43,632 bases of DNA. Origin: Macrostomum lignano (taxonomy: Eukaryota). The number at the start of each line of letters is the position of its first letter. The stretch's first letter is position 1. The position numbers were made by a program, and so were the translations under genes. The notes under the pieces are model-generated. The model was not told the origin of the DNA, did not search any database, and saw only the letters and a list, made by a program, of their open reading frames with translations. The DNA lies in contig NIVC01004510.1 in assembly GCA_002269645.1 (NCBI GenBank), forward strand, positions 1 through 43,632. The letters are read 5' to 3'. Below are positions 1-10,594 of this stretch, in pieces.

Positions 1-544
1 GATGGGCAGTTGGTCAGACTACAGCTGCGTCAATGCTTGCTGCAGTTCTTTTGTTAAGTCATTAATAAATATACGATCATAAATTTGTGTTCCTTGGCGG
101 CAAGTGCATTTCAAATGGGGGGCATCCTGGATGTTGCTATCAAAAACAGAGTCAGAATTGAGATTCGTGAAGCGGATTTACATGTACAATACAAGGCATA
201 AATGGAGTTTATGTCTGAGCGCATCGAGATCTGCTAAAAATATTGACATCACGTTCAACTATCAGCAATACAAAGGTACCCGTTATTGTATTGAGGGTTT
301 AAAGAAAGAGAGTTACGAATTACATTTGCGGCTTAAAAAGAGTTAGCAGACGACAGGTCATACCGTATGATTCATTGTTGAGACATCCGGTTCTGAATTG
401 CTTCGCATTGAGCTGAGATTTAGGTGCTTTAAGAGTCAGCTACAAATGTCTTACGCCTTATTTATAGTCTTTCTGTTTGAAGTATATTCGATTAATATAT
501 TGCTTCTTCCGCATTGTATTATAAATATCTTCATTGAATCATTT

Positions 545-550
545 TTTATT
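545..550 (-). promoter_or_regulatory. Candidate polyadenylation signal AATAAA of the MLCK gene
   Basis: TTTATT on the + strand, ~385 nt downstream of the stop codon, in AT-rich context. Confidence 0.45.
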
Positions 551-769
551 AAAGAAATTAAAACTTTTTGTTAAATTGACATATTTTTGGAATGACCCAT
601 CCCCTGAAACTCATTGTGAGGATCGTGAAAGTATTCAAAGCAAAAAACCATGCTCGTCTACTCAGCTGAGATGCGCTTTGAGGTTTCAGTGTTTTTTGGA
701 TGGCCCGCTGTTGCTCGATGTTCCACTGTTTGATGCTCCCGTCTTGATTGGTCTCCTGATTTGCTTGCT

Positions 770-1330
770 GCTCCGGTGTTTTTCGATTCTCCGATGCTTG
801 ATTTTCCAAAGTTCCATTTTCCGGTGTTACTCGGTGTTCGCGGTGTTCCATTTTCCGGTGTTACTCTCGCGTTCCGGTGTTCCAACTTCCGGTTTTCCAT
901 TTTCCGGTGTTACCGGTACTCCATTTTCCGGTGTTACCGGTGTTCGATTTTCCGGTGGTTATGGTGTTCCGTGTTTTGATTTTCCGGTGTTTTTCGGTGT
1001 TCCGGTGTCGATTTGTCGGTGTTACTTGATGTTTCGGTGTTGCTTGGTGTTCCGGTGTTTGATTTTTCTGTGTTTTCGCTACTCAATTTTTCGGTGCTGC
1101 TCGGTGTTCCGTCAGTCGATTTTTCGGTGTTGCTTGGTGTTCCGGTGTTAGATTTTTCGTTGTTGCTCGGCGTTTCGGTACCCAATTTTTCGGTGCTGCT
1201 CGGTGTTCCGGTGTTCGATTTTTCGGTTTTGCTTGGCTCTTCAGGGTTTCCAATGTTGCTTGATGTTTCTGCGGTATTTGGTGCGCCGGTTTTATTGCTC
1301 GAGGTGCCGGTGTCTTTTGTTGCATCCGTC
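770..1330 (-). repeat. Degenerate ~33-nt minisatellite (AACACCGAAAAATCGAACACCGGAACACCGAGC) spanning the MLCK C-terminus and 3' UTR
   Basis: Repeated TTCCGGTGTT words on the + strand; encodes TEKSNTGTPSN units in the MLCK frame. Confidence 0.85.
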
Positions 1331-1383
1331 TCGTTCAATTTGCCTCCCATTCTGATTAGCGCGATGATGGCGTTGAATGCTTT
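934..1383 (-). CDS. MYLK: MLCK last coding exon (KAFNAIIALIRMGG followed by a TEKSNTGTPSN-repeat tail)
   Basis: TGCAG acceptor at 1385-1384. KAFNAIIALIRM completes the CaM-binding helix; stop TAA at 936-934. The nine exons sum to 1425 nt = 474 aa + stop. Confidence 0.85.
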   Translation of the reverse strand, partial: KAFNAIIALIRMGGKLNETDATKDTGTSSNKTGAPNTAETSSNIGNPEEPSKTEKSNTGTPSSTEKLGTETPSNNEKSNTGTPSNTEKSTDGTPSSTEKLSSENTEKSNTGTPSNTETSSNTDKSTPEHRKTPENQNTEHHNHRKIEHR

Positions 1384-1456
1384 CTGCAACCGAGTTTAAT
1401 TTACTCATTTTAATAATAGCAGAAAGATCGAGTTTTTCTATTGGTTTTAACTACAT

Positions 1457-1892
1457 CAGAGGTAGGCAAATTTTTAACCTCAAAGTCCAGATGAAGAATT
1501 CAGCTCATGGCTGCGGGCCAGATGAGAGTGAAAAGGAGAGAGCGAATAAAAGATAAGAGAAGAAAGAAGAAAGAGGCAAGAGATGGGATAAGAGAAGAAT
1601 AAAAAAGATAAGAGGAAAGACAAGAGCGGAGACGAGAGAAGGGAGAGAGGGGAGAGACAGAAAATGGGAGGGAGGGGAGGATATAGGAGTGGTAGAGAGA
1701 AGAGAGGAGAGAGGGAGAGAGAGGGAGGGGGAGAGAGGGGAGTGGAGGAGAGGAGAGAGAAGAGAGAGAGAGGAGAGACACAAACCTTAAGCGAGCCAGA
1801 TTGCTGTTGAAAAGCTTTAAAGGACCCTAGGGTCAAATAAAGATGCTTTGTAGGCCTCATGTGGCCCGCGGGCCGGATTTTGCCGACCCCTG
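1457..1892. mobile_element. hAT-type MITE (436 bp) filling most of the last MLCK intron
   Basis: TIRs CAGAGGTAGGCAAA / CAGGGGTCGGCAAA (12/14); 8-bp TSD AACTACAT / AACTACCT; subterminal GGCCCGCGGGCC as in Charlie/MER58-like hAT ends; internal GA tract. Confidence 0.85.
1520..1780 (+). repeat. GA-rich polypurine tract inside the hAT MITE
   Basis: Almost purely G/A for ~260 nt. Confidence 0.9.
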
Positions 1893-1961
1893 AACTACCT
1901 AAACTGCAATTTTCAAGAAATTTGACAAATACCCCTCCTGGGGAAAGCTAAATTTACTTAC

Positions 1962-2039
1962 GTGCCACTTTCTGCGATAGACCCAGCTCTTCAAACGTCT
2001 TTTGCAGACATGGCCCTGGTGAGTGCTGGCTTCGGGGTC
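1962..2039 (-). CDS. MYLK: MLCK exon 8 (DPEASTHQGHVCKRRLKSWVYRRKWH), autoinhibitory segment and start of calmodulin-binding helix
   Basis: TTTACAG acceptor, GTAAGT donor; 26 codons, phase 0/0. RRKW matches the MLCK LKKY..RRKWQK motif. Confidence 0.88.
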
Positions 2040-2145
2040 CTGTAAAGGAAATTATAGCGACGCTTAATATCGTTCCGGTTCGCGTGCACTCAAGGACAGC
2101 TGAATACTCGTACATTTGAAGCAAAATAATAAAGTGAAAATTCAC

Positions 2146-2191
2146 CTTCAGCCAAGAGTGCCTCAGACACTGGCTTGCTGTGAGGCGACTC
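2146..2191 (-). CDS. MYLK: MLCK exon 7 (SRLTASQCLRHSWLK)
   Basis: Subdomain XI (R.TA.QCL.H.WL); TTTTAG acceptor, GTGAAT donor; phase matches exon 6. Confidence 0.9.
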
Positions 2192-3380
2192 CTAAAATTG
2201 CAGGAATTGATCATTGTGTAACGGGAGAAAGCATGTACATCGGGAAAGTTAAATGGCATATGCGTAGAATGTAAAAAAATAGAAAGTTAAAATCAAAATA
2301 AAGATATTGGCCACACTCTTTACAGCATACTCAATGAGTGAGTGCATCAGCGATACGGCAAATATATACATGTACGTTAAAGGAAACTACTATTTGCCAT
2401 GAATAATGGGAAGAAACTAGCAAAGGTGGAAGCGCAGAAAAATTCCTATCATATGTTGTCCGTTTTGCTTGGCATTCTCTCGTTAGTCTTTTCTTTTGCT
2501 ATTTTCTTTCCTCTCTGGCGGTGTGCGCGTGATTGACGAACCGGCCGGTCCAGACTTGGGCGCTGGCTGCCTTGTCTATCTCTATTCCTGCGCACGCCAG
2601 ACCCGTATCGACCAGGTTGCTGTTGACTACCACTCACACACCTCTCCGCACCTATAGGCTAAACATTATTTACTTGACCAATGGCACAGTCGTTATTCTT
2701 AACAAGTTCGACCACCTCAGTGCGAGAAATGATTAGAAAAGTGTTGCCTGAAGCTTATGCATTTATTATGCCTTCGGACAGAGAATAATGGTACCCTCAA
2801 TAGTTTGTCGCGAATATGATGACACAAGCAAAGGCTGCTTTTCGATTCTGATAGATGAAAGAAGACTGCGCGCTGTCCAAAGCCGGCAAGCCGCTGTTTA
2901 TCTGATCTGCAGATGAAAAATCCTATGCCAAAACTTGTACTTATCTGATACTTTTTTTCCGGGGGGGGGGGGCGCCGAAGAGTCATGTGCAATCGCAAAT
3001 GCCAAAGCTGGTTTTGTCTGCCGACTACGGCCAGTAGAATTAGGATTATATGGAGTTTCTGCAGCCAAATTCGTTCGCAAGAAGGCTTTTACGAAGGAGT
3101 AAAATTTTAACATATATATTAAAAATAGAGCTACGCGAAAAGTGTTAAGTCTGAAAAAAAGTTTTTTCTATTGCGTTGCAAGCAATCACGCAGAATTTCT
3201 AGGTGTTGTCGAGAAACGGAGAGTTCTTCTTTTGAGCGATCTGGTCAAAGATTGCGGATGTACGGTCGGTTGCTCCCGGAAAGCAGCAAAAGAATTGACT
3301 AGTACACATTGTAATCCTTATTGGAATGATAACGTTTACCTATTGAATTCGGTCTTTCTGGACGTGTACCAAGTATGATG

Positions 3381-3880
3381 CAAGGACCACTGTAGTATGA
3401 CAGGACATAAAACCTAAAAATCGTGCATTTTAGGAGGCCAATTTCTTGGAAATAATACACTGCATTACAAAATCAATGATTGCATTGGAATTGTGGCAGT
3501 GAAGATTACCATTTCTATAATTCTCAGTTATATTCTGTGTAGTTTTGTTGTTAAAGTTTTATTTTCCTATTGTTTTCTTTTTAGTTCATAAGCCCAAAAT
3601 CGTAAACACTCACAAGTGGCACTAGCTTAACTTTTCGTTTTGTTCATTCTTGAATCGAGTGTATTTGTAATAAAAATGTTGCACGCAGGTATTTTAAAGC
3701 CACTATTTTGAAGGTACAATTCAATTTCAATGAAAATTAGTTCCTTCGTGCATACAACTTTGGGCTTATGAAAAAAAACGAATTTTCCCTATTCTCCGCA
3801 GTGTATTTTTCCAAGAAATGGGCCTCCAAAAATTACACGATTAAAGAGCTTTACGTCCTTGTATACTAAAGTAGTCCTTG
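3381..3880. mobile_element. MITE, 500 bp, long imperfect TIRs starting CAAGGAC(C/T)ACT
   Basis: Perfect 8-bp TSD GTATGATG (3373-3380 / 3881-3888); ~80 bp of imperfect terminal inverted repeat plus an inner TTCATAAGCCCAAA inversion. Confidence 0.9.
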
Positions 3881-4011
3881 GTATGATGTGCGCCCTACAT
3901 TCACCAAAAGTGCATTGCCGCATTGCAATGCCTGCATGTCTTTCCCGTACCCCACGGCGCCTCCAGATCTGGTTCGACTTTCAAATAAGCAAACGAATCG
4001 ATTAAACTCAC

Positions 4012-4164
4012 TTGGCGTCCTTCTGCAGCAGGCGTCTGACAAAGTCCCTGGCATCGGCCGAGATCTCGTCAAATTCTGGGAACTCGAACGAGTAGGACAC
4101 CTTCGCGATGTTGGAGTAGGTCTCGCCGTCATTGTCGCCCATGAAGGGAGACAGTCCGGAAAGG
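4012..4164 (-). CDS. MYLK: MLCK exon 6 (LSGLSPFMGDNDGETYSNI...FDEISADARDFVRRLLQKDA)
   Basis: LSGLSPF.GD.D.ET motif typical of MLCK; TTTCAG acceptor, GTGAGT donor. Confidence 0.95.
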
Positions 4165-4273
4165 CTGAAACGATACACAGATTTCCCTTTAATGAAGCTG
4201 CTTTGATGGTTTAGCATACTTTTATGGTGTATACTCAGTTGCTCAACCAAAATATTGGTAAAAATTGCGGAGG

Positions 4274-4640
4274 GCTACGGGCACCCTAGTGCAACGCCTT
4301 CGGCCAGATCGTCTCACAACGGTGATGCAATTCTGCCCATTCCGCTGACCCCTGAGCACATGCGAGCGTACCAGCGCGCACAATACTGTACGCAGACACG
4401 CACTCATGCACACGCTCCCACAGGGTGTAAGAGTACAGCGGCCCTGACTTTCTAATCGTCAGGCATGTACACTCTCTGTGCCTTGGGGGCTGGCCCTCAC
4501 GGCTGTGAATCGCACGACAACCTCCGGCTAATTTTACGTTCTCAAGCCGCAAATCAATTCTGCCGCACACAGATTCGAAGCAGGGGTCGTGACGCGAAAG
4601 TCAGAGCGGCTCTGCTACTATCAACCAACTGGATTAGTTA
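4274..4640 (-). mobile_element. tRNA-derived SINE, family B, diverged copy in MLCK intron 5
   Basis: Shares the GAGGGCCARCCCCCAAGGCACAG...GTGTACATGCCT.ACGAT...AGGGCCGCTGTAC core with the copies at 15717 and 16660; degenerate A/B boxes at the 4640 end. Confidence 0.7.
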
Positions 4641-4649
4641 GCGACTCAC

Positions 4650-4843
4650 AGGACGTAGCAGATTACACCGACGGACCACATGTCAGCAGGCGGACCGATC
4701 GACTCGTAGGCCAGCACCTCGGGCGACACGAACTCCGGCGTGCCGAACATGACGCGCAGGTCCGGGGCGCAGTAGCGGGACAGGCCGAAGTCGATGATCT
4801 TGATGCGGTAGCCGGTGCGAGTCAGGCACAGAATATTCTCCGG
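4650..4843 (-). CDS. MYLK: MLCK exon 5 (PENILC...IKIIDFGLSR...VMFGTPEFVSPEV...DMWSVGVICYV)
   Basis: DFG and GTPEF motifs; ACAG acceptor, GTGAGT donor; 64 codons + 2 nt. Confidence 0.95.
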
Positions 4844-4918
4844 CTGTGGGAGGAGGTCGGCAATTCGTTAATGGAAACAGCCAGGCTTACAGTTATATTT
4901 AAATTCACAGATGCCAAC

Positions 4919-5060
4919 CTTAAGATCTAGGTGAATAACATTCTGCGAGTGGATGTACTCAATGCCCTCGCAGATCTCTCGCATGAACTTTTCGCACTTC
5001 GCTTCCGTCAGATCGAAGCTTTCATCGATGACCCGGTCAAATAGTTCACCGCCAGTTATG
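4919..5060 (-). CDS. MYLK: MLCK exon 4 (ITGGELFDRVIDESFDLTE...IHLDLK)
   Basis: GGELFDRV and HLDLK motifs diagnostic of the MLCK/DAPK/titin-type CAMK kinases. CCAG acceptor, GTTGGC donor. Confidence 0.95.
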
Positions 5061-5442
5061 CTGGAATTAGAAATCAATTTCATAATAATAATAATAATAA
5101 TAAATAATCGCAAGAGGGTTGCGGGCACCCGGGCGCAACGTCTACGGTGACATCGTCCCGAAACCAGCGCTGTGGCAGTTCTGCCCACCCTGAGCACATA
5201 CTACCGTACGCACTCGTAGACATGCTGACACATGGTGTGCGGTGTCAAACCAGAAGTCCTGATGCGGGAGTAAGACGCGTTTACCATTAAGCTACTCTGC
5301 CCCCAGATCGGTGCTATTAGATGGTCTTTTTGCATTGTGAATATTTCGGCTAACAACTAGCTGGCCGGGAAATTTTATACAAGTTTACAGTGAGTTAATT
5401 AGCGACTGTTTGCCGCCAGTTCGCCGCCAGAATCTCTATAGA

Positions 5443-5748
5443 GTTGTAGCCTAGTGGTCAGAGCGTCGGACTCACGACTTGAAGGTCGGGGGTTCGATTC
5501 TCGACCCACTCGGAACAATTTGTGTCCCTGAGAAAGACACTTAACTCTGCATTGCTTCAGTTCACCCAACTGTAAAATGGGTGCCAGCATTAGCTGGGGT
5601 AATTGAGGGTATGTGTGGCAACCCCCCAGTCCTTGGACTGAACAGCCGTACGCGGCCTTCATATGCGCCGCGCAATAGCTGCGGCTGAGCTGTCGGTTGC
5701 ATATCCGCCAATTTAAGCAGGTGTAATGAATTATTATTATTATTATTA
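5443..5748 (+). mobile_element. tRNA-derived SINE, family A, with CORE-like central domain and (TTA)n tail
   Basis: A box TAGCCTAGTGG (5447), B box GGTTCGATTC (5491), central TGTGTCCCTGAGAAAGACACTTAAC...CTGTAAAATGGG, (TTA)n tail; near-identical second copy at 26081-26380. Confidence 0.9.
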
Positions 5749-5846
5749 CAGTGAAACAGCATTTTAATATTTGATAATACATGAGCCTCAGTTTACTGTA
5801 AATATGCATCTGATCAGCAGCCTAGAGGAGCTCCCCCGAAACTCAC

Positions 5847-6050
5847 AGCTCCAAGATGAGCACGTAGGTATTTCGAAAAAAGTAGGCATCGTACAGCTGA
5901 AGCAGGCGCGGGTGCTTCAGCTTCTTCATGATGGCGATCTCGCTGCACACGTTCTCCTTGTCGTTTTCGCAAGAAGTGGCGACGTACTTGGCTGCGAACG
6001 GCTTTGAAGTGGACCTTTCGGTGCACTTGTGCACCTCGCCGAATCGGCCG
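5847..6050 (-). CDS. MYLK: MLCK exon 3 (GRFGEVHKC...FAAK...EIAIMKKLKHPRLLQLYDAY...LILEL)
   Basis: Kinase subdomains I-V including GxGxFG, the AAK catalytic Lys and the alphaC Glu. ACAG acceptor, GTGAGT donor. Confidence 0.95.
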
Positions 6051-6276
6051 CTGTCATTGGGATATTGTGCAGAAATTGATGCATAAATTCTATTAAATTA
6101 CTAACAAAATCGAACATAGTTTGTATTCTAAACTTCTATTTTCTCCCATTTTCTCCCTAGACTCATTGCACACGCTTAGAAACGGTTTAATGATGATTAA
6201 AAACGGAATAAACTTGATTAAAAAATATATATGCTCTTTGATGTTGAGAAAAATTTTAAGAAACGATCTCACTCAC

Positions 6277-6370
6277 TTCCCAATGACCTCCTCGATGATG
6301 TAGTCTTTTTCCACATTTCTGTTTTTCTTGATTTCCACCTTCTTCTTTAGCACATTCGGGTCCGTTTCGT
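6277..6370 (-). CDS. MYLK: MLCK exon 2 (ETDPNVLKKKVEIKKNRNVEKDYIIEEVIG)
   Basis: TTTTAG acceptor and GTGAGT donor. Encodes the pre-kinase segment and the start of the Gly-rich loop; phases match both neighbouring exons. Confidence 0.85.
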
Positions 6371-7485
6371 CTAAAAGGTACAATTAACAGTTCGGCAATG
6401 GTCTGGAGACACGCAGGAATTTTCAGACAAGCGCATGCTGTCGCAGATAATTTATAGGTGCAGCTTTCCTCCGAGTTCAGGGCCTTATGGGTTGAACGGC
6501 TCATACATAAGTACTACTTGTAAATAAGTTAATTAACCTGTCTGACAGCCAAATATTTTGCATCAACCAAATAGAGAAAAAGGGAAGGCAATGCCCAACA
6601 GTTGATAAACATATTTCTGGCATAGCATCGAACATCAACCGGCATCGAAATGAATGCGTATTCTGAAAAATTCGGGTCGAAATCTGCCCGTCCTCCATTG
6701 CCAAAGTCAGCTTCCCACCCACACAGACACTGGGGACAGCAAAGAACAGAGCGGTTTCACTAAAAACACCAGATGGCCAGCCGCTTCCCGGATGCCATCG
6801 GATCCGAGTCACCCACCTTCGGCCTTCCAGCGCTTTTCAAACCCTATATGTGGACTGACTCGCACGATCCATCAAAGGCACACGGGACGAGAGACCAAAA
6901 ACTGCGGATAGCGCAAAGTCGGGTTACTCCCGTCTGCCCCCTGTCCACCCCCAGCTGCCCTCCACTGTGGCTCGCACTCTGTAGGGCAAAGATGCAGTAC
7001 AGCTGCTTGCATTTGTTAGATATCAGCAGCGCAGTCACGGGACCCGTTGCCCCGTACCGGCCCTAGCTATCCTATCTCCTGCGTCTCAGTTTCTAATACC
7101 GCTTTAAAATCTCTCATGTGCATGCAGATTAGCATTGCCGACTCCCCAATGCCGCTCTCCATTCCCAAAGCGCATTTTTTAACGCAAAAACTGAGGCTAG
7201 CCACACAATCCTAGTGTTAAATGAAACCGCAGCACCCGTGGCCAATCCACCCGACCTATACACGTAGATGCCTTCAAAACATTGTTGCGTTGTATGCAAG
7301 TGTCAAGTGCTGCGTTGATTAGCTTTGGTTCCAGAGGCGTGGCCGAGGATACCCGATCTGCAGATCTGCATATCATTAAATGGCATTCACGAGTTGCCAT
7401 ATGACCACTGTAACTCGCCATTAAGCTGAAAATAGATGCTATATCAAATCATGGAGTCGAGCGACCGAAATGATCGACAGTTGTG

Positions 7486-7695
7486 CAAGGACCACTAGAG
7501 GATATCGTTGTACTGTTGTAAAATACACCTATTCTAGAGCTTCTGAGGCTCGAAGGTAGTGCAAGTTTCTTTAAAACAATCGAGTAAGATGCTTTTTTGA
7601 AGGCAAGAATCGCCAAATACACATAAACAAGCGGGCCTTCAAATAATTTTGCAATATTTGCGTCCTGATACAATGGTAACTTCTAGTGGTCCTTG
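7486..7695. mobile_element. MITE, 210 bp, TIR CAAGGACCACTAGA(G/A)G
   Basis: 14-bp perfect TIR with further imperfect extension; 8-bp TSD CAGTTGTG / CAGTTGTT; same terminal 11-mer as the 3381 element. Confidence 0.88.
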
Positions 7696-7897
7696 CAGTT
7701 GTTCAAGACGTCAAGTAAGGGGACTAAATACGTATAGGTATAGTTTCAGTCAGAATATCGGGACTCAGTGTGTCAGACGCAAGGTCACGATCAAATTGCC
7801 ATAGCATTATGACTGCCTTGTACATCATAAGTACTTTATAACAGTATCGAGAAGGCAATCTAGGTGTATTAATGATGTTTCAACTGTAACTGCTCAC

Positions 7898-7961
7898 CCG
7901 GATCCACCTGAATCTCAACGGCGCCCTGCTTCTGGAAGGTTTTGAAGACGCTCTTCAGCAT
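7898..7961 (-). CDS. MYLK: Myosin light chain kinase-like, putative first coding exon (MLKSVFKTFQKQGAVEIQVDP)
   Basis: ATG at 7961, 21 codons + 1 nt, then donor G|GTGAGC. The phase-1 end joins the 6370 exon to give D-ETDP. An acceptor AG at 7983-7982 with an open frame means further upstream coding exons are possible. Confidence 0.65.
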
Positions 7962-10422
7962 TTTATTACGCCAGGAGGAGGCTGTGTCAAGTCACGAATA
8001 TACAATTGATTCTGATTTTCCAGAGGCTTCTGTATTTTGCTGCTGGGCTTGGAGCTTCTTAGGGAATGCCGTCTTCCATTGAGGCAATCCAGAAGTGAGT
8101 TCGCTGTGGCGTTGAGTTGCACAGTTACTGTTAAAGGTAAGACAGATTATTTTCGTATGGAAAATATCGCATGAATAGTTTTACTAGTCATCCCTTGATC
8201 TTACGGATTTAGGGTTTATTAAGTATTAAAGCCTTTAAAGTAGTAGGAAGAGTAGACTTGCTACTTGTGGCTGAGTAACAGACAACTTTGTCGCAACTTG
8301 TCAGGTAGAAAGTTTCATTTTTGCTCCTTTAGTGTCAAGCCTTTTATGCCCCGGAAACGACTAAAGTTTGCATCTGCAGAATCTGTCGATCTGCAGAACT
8401 GGTAGCGGTCTCACACTGCTGCTAATCTCTACAATCTACAATTGATAGCTTCATCGCCACCTTCTGCTTTTTTATTAGTAGATTTCAGTTATCTTGACCA
8501 CAAATTACTGATTACGATTGTCTGGTGCTCTTTGCTACGACGTTAATGATTTGAGATCACTAAGCAGCTGGTAAATAAGAATGCAAGCCCAGTGAAAGCG
8601 GGAAGGCAAATTAACTAAAATGATTTCAAACAGAGATAGAGATGCCTTGTTTACCTGGTGGCGGCAACTCATATAATCTGAAGGTCGCTCTGCCTGAAAC
8701 TTAAATGCCGCGATCGCCTTTGGCTTTCTGATTATCCGCTCAGACCGGGTAATTAAAGACGGAAAGTCTCGCTCTGATGTATAACGTCTGCAAGGTTTTA
8801 GCTATGAGGCATGGATCCCCCAAGTCGGAATGACGGAGAAAAAAACGAAAAGGCGATTGGGAGGCCAGTTAAACAGACGAAGAGAGAGAGAGATCTGGAC
8901 GGGGATGCTGGAGGCAAAAGCTGCGTGCAGGCACAAATAGAGCAGCAGCGATAGAGCCAATGGCGGCATGAATATACAAGCATCCGGGGGGAAGGTGGTC
9001 GCCCATCCGAAACTCTCGCGCATTCCACCAGCCCTCCCACGAAACCAGCCGCGCTTCGGATCCCCGCACACTGATCTCCCGCGCTCCCAGCGCAAAGCTT
9101 GGGGAGAGGGATCCGAGAGTGGAGGAAGCAGCGGGGCCGCCACCCACCAGAGGCTGATTCTAGCATCTTCCCCTCGAAATCCCAGCAGTTCTCTGATTTC
9201 GTCTGCATATTGCAGGCTATAGGGCCAGCTACAACAGGCCGGAGCGGGGGCCCCAATCAATCGATCGCCCCGCCCCCCGCTTCTGTTACCTTTCGTTCCC
9301 CCTATCTCCATAAGCTTAACCCGCCGGCTCTTTCCTGACGCACACGCAGCTGCTAGCCTCTCCTCCACTCGGTAATGAACGAAGCAGCTGAGGGGAGGGG
9401 GGGGTAATGATCGCATTAGAGGCAGCGCTGCAAGCAGCATGCAGGGAAGGATGCATATTGCATAGCCCCACTATTTTCTTCTCCTGTTTTCCCCTTCAAG
9501 CAGTCCTAGCTCGTTTGCCTTGTACATCGCAATCAATTTGCATTTCAAACAGCTATTTTTCGGCACTATGTGCACGAGACTGGCGGAACAATAAAAGTCT
9601 GTTGGCATTCCGTCCGTACACCGGAGGTGCAAATCCTCAAAAGCGTAACGCAGATTTCCGCCCGTTTCATACCGTAAAAAACAGAATTGCATAGTACAGT
9701 AGGAAGGCTTTCAACTTCCCGACCCGAAATTCACCAAAACCTATGCGTATGGATCAGCAGATGAGCGACAGGCGAAATCTAACCGTCTGGCGAAAATATT
9801 TGTACCAAATTGCACCCCTATCCTGATATGGTGGTCAAACATGCATCATGTAAATGTATTATCCTTTTTTCTAAAATTTCAAACTGCGAATAAAGGTTTA
9901 ACGAGTACATAATTTTAGTTCGTAGAGATCAGAGTCGTAATGCATAACTCGAAATCTACGTATCTAAATATATAACTACATATAAGTGTATGTACATTTT
10001 CAAAAGTTGAAAAAATCTTATTTTATCTTGATTACTCCTTGGCTTTCGGATCAAGCTGACACTACGGAATTACACTACGGAAAACTCAACACGCATCCAT
10101 GTATTGTATCGACTTTTCCAATGTTTGGATCGAAAGAAAAGCTTCTTCTGACTAGTTGCAGCCATCGGAAGAATATTTAGTCTATTGGCAATACCTTTTT
10201 ATATTAGTTTTTATATGGATTTTTATGTGCCAACTTATAGAGATTTTGTGGAAATAACTGATCTTTTTCGATATTTTGTACATATTAAATATATATGCCA
10301 TTTAAGTGATTTGACTCGGCATAAATATAGGGCGATTAAAAGGCTTTTTTAGCTGCTTAATTAGTTGGAATTTACTAGACTTAGTTAAAATTAAATTTTA
10401 GTTGCAACTACCATTTTCTAAT

Positions 10423-10594
10423 TAGGCGTGTAGTAGCCAGGATTCACGTCAAGGTGGCTGGGACAGATCGAGAGACATCAATCCATCTCATTATTAAATG
10501 ACGTGTAGAAACCAAAAGCAGATACAAAAGCAGTAAAAAATTATCTCCCCAGGGAGACATGTCCCCGGTGTCCCCCCTCTTGGCTACGCCCCTA
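10423..10594. mobile_element. Short hAT-like MITE (172 bp), TAGG...CCTA ends
   Basis: Perfect 8-bp TSD TTTCTAAT (10415-10422 / 10595-10602); right end reads TAGGGGCGTAGCCAAG, left end is a degenerate match. Confidence 0.75.

Noticed and set aside
534-1399. Plus-strand ORFs of 205 and 128 aa rich in F/R/C/V
   Set aside because: Antisense shadows of the MLCK tail minisatellite.
1480-1860. Leu/Ser/Pro-rich ORFs on the minus strand (also 12064-12318)
   Set aside because: Translations of GA/CT polypurine tracts inside hAT MITEs.
5443-5515. Possible tRNA gene (also 26310-26380 and 16915-16975)
   Set aside because: The anticodon and acceptor stems are imperfect, there is no T-run terminator, and the head continues into a shared multi-copy body and tail. 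These are SINE heads.
8655-8693. Possible 39-nt upstream MLCK exon (RATFRLYELPPP) with phase-compatible splice sites
   Set aside because: Only generic AG/GT signals and a 1-in-3 phase match; no homology support.
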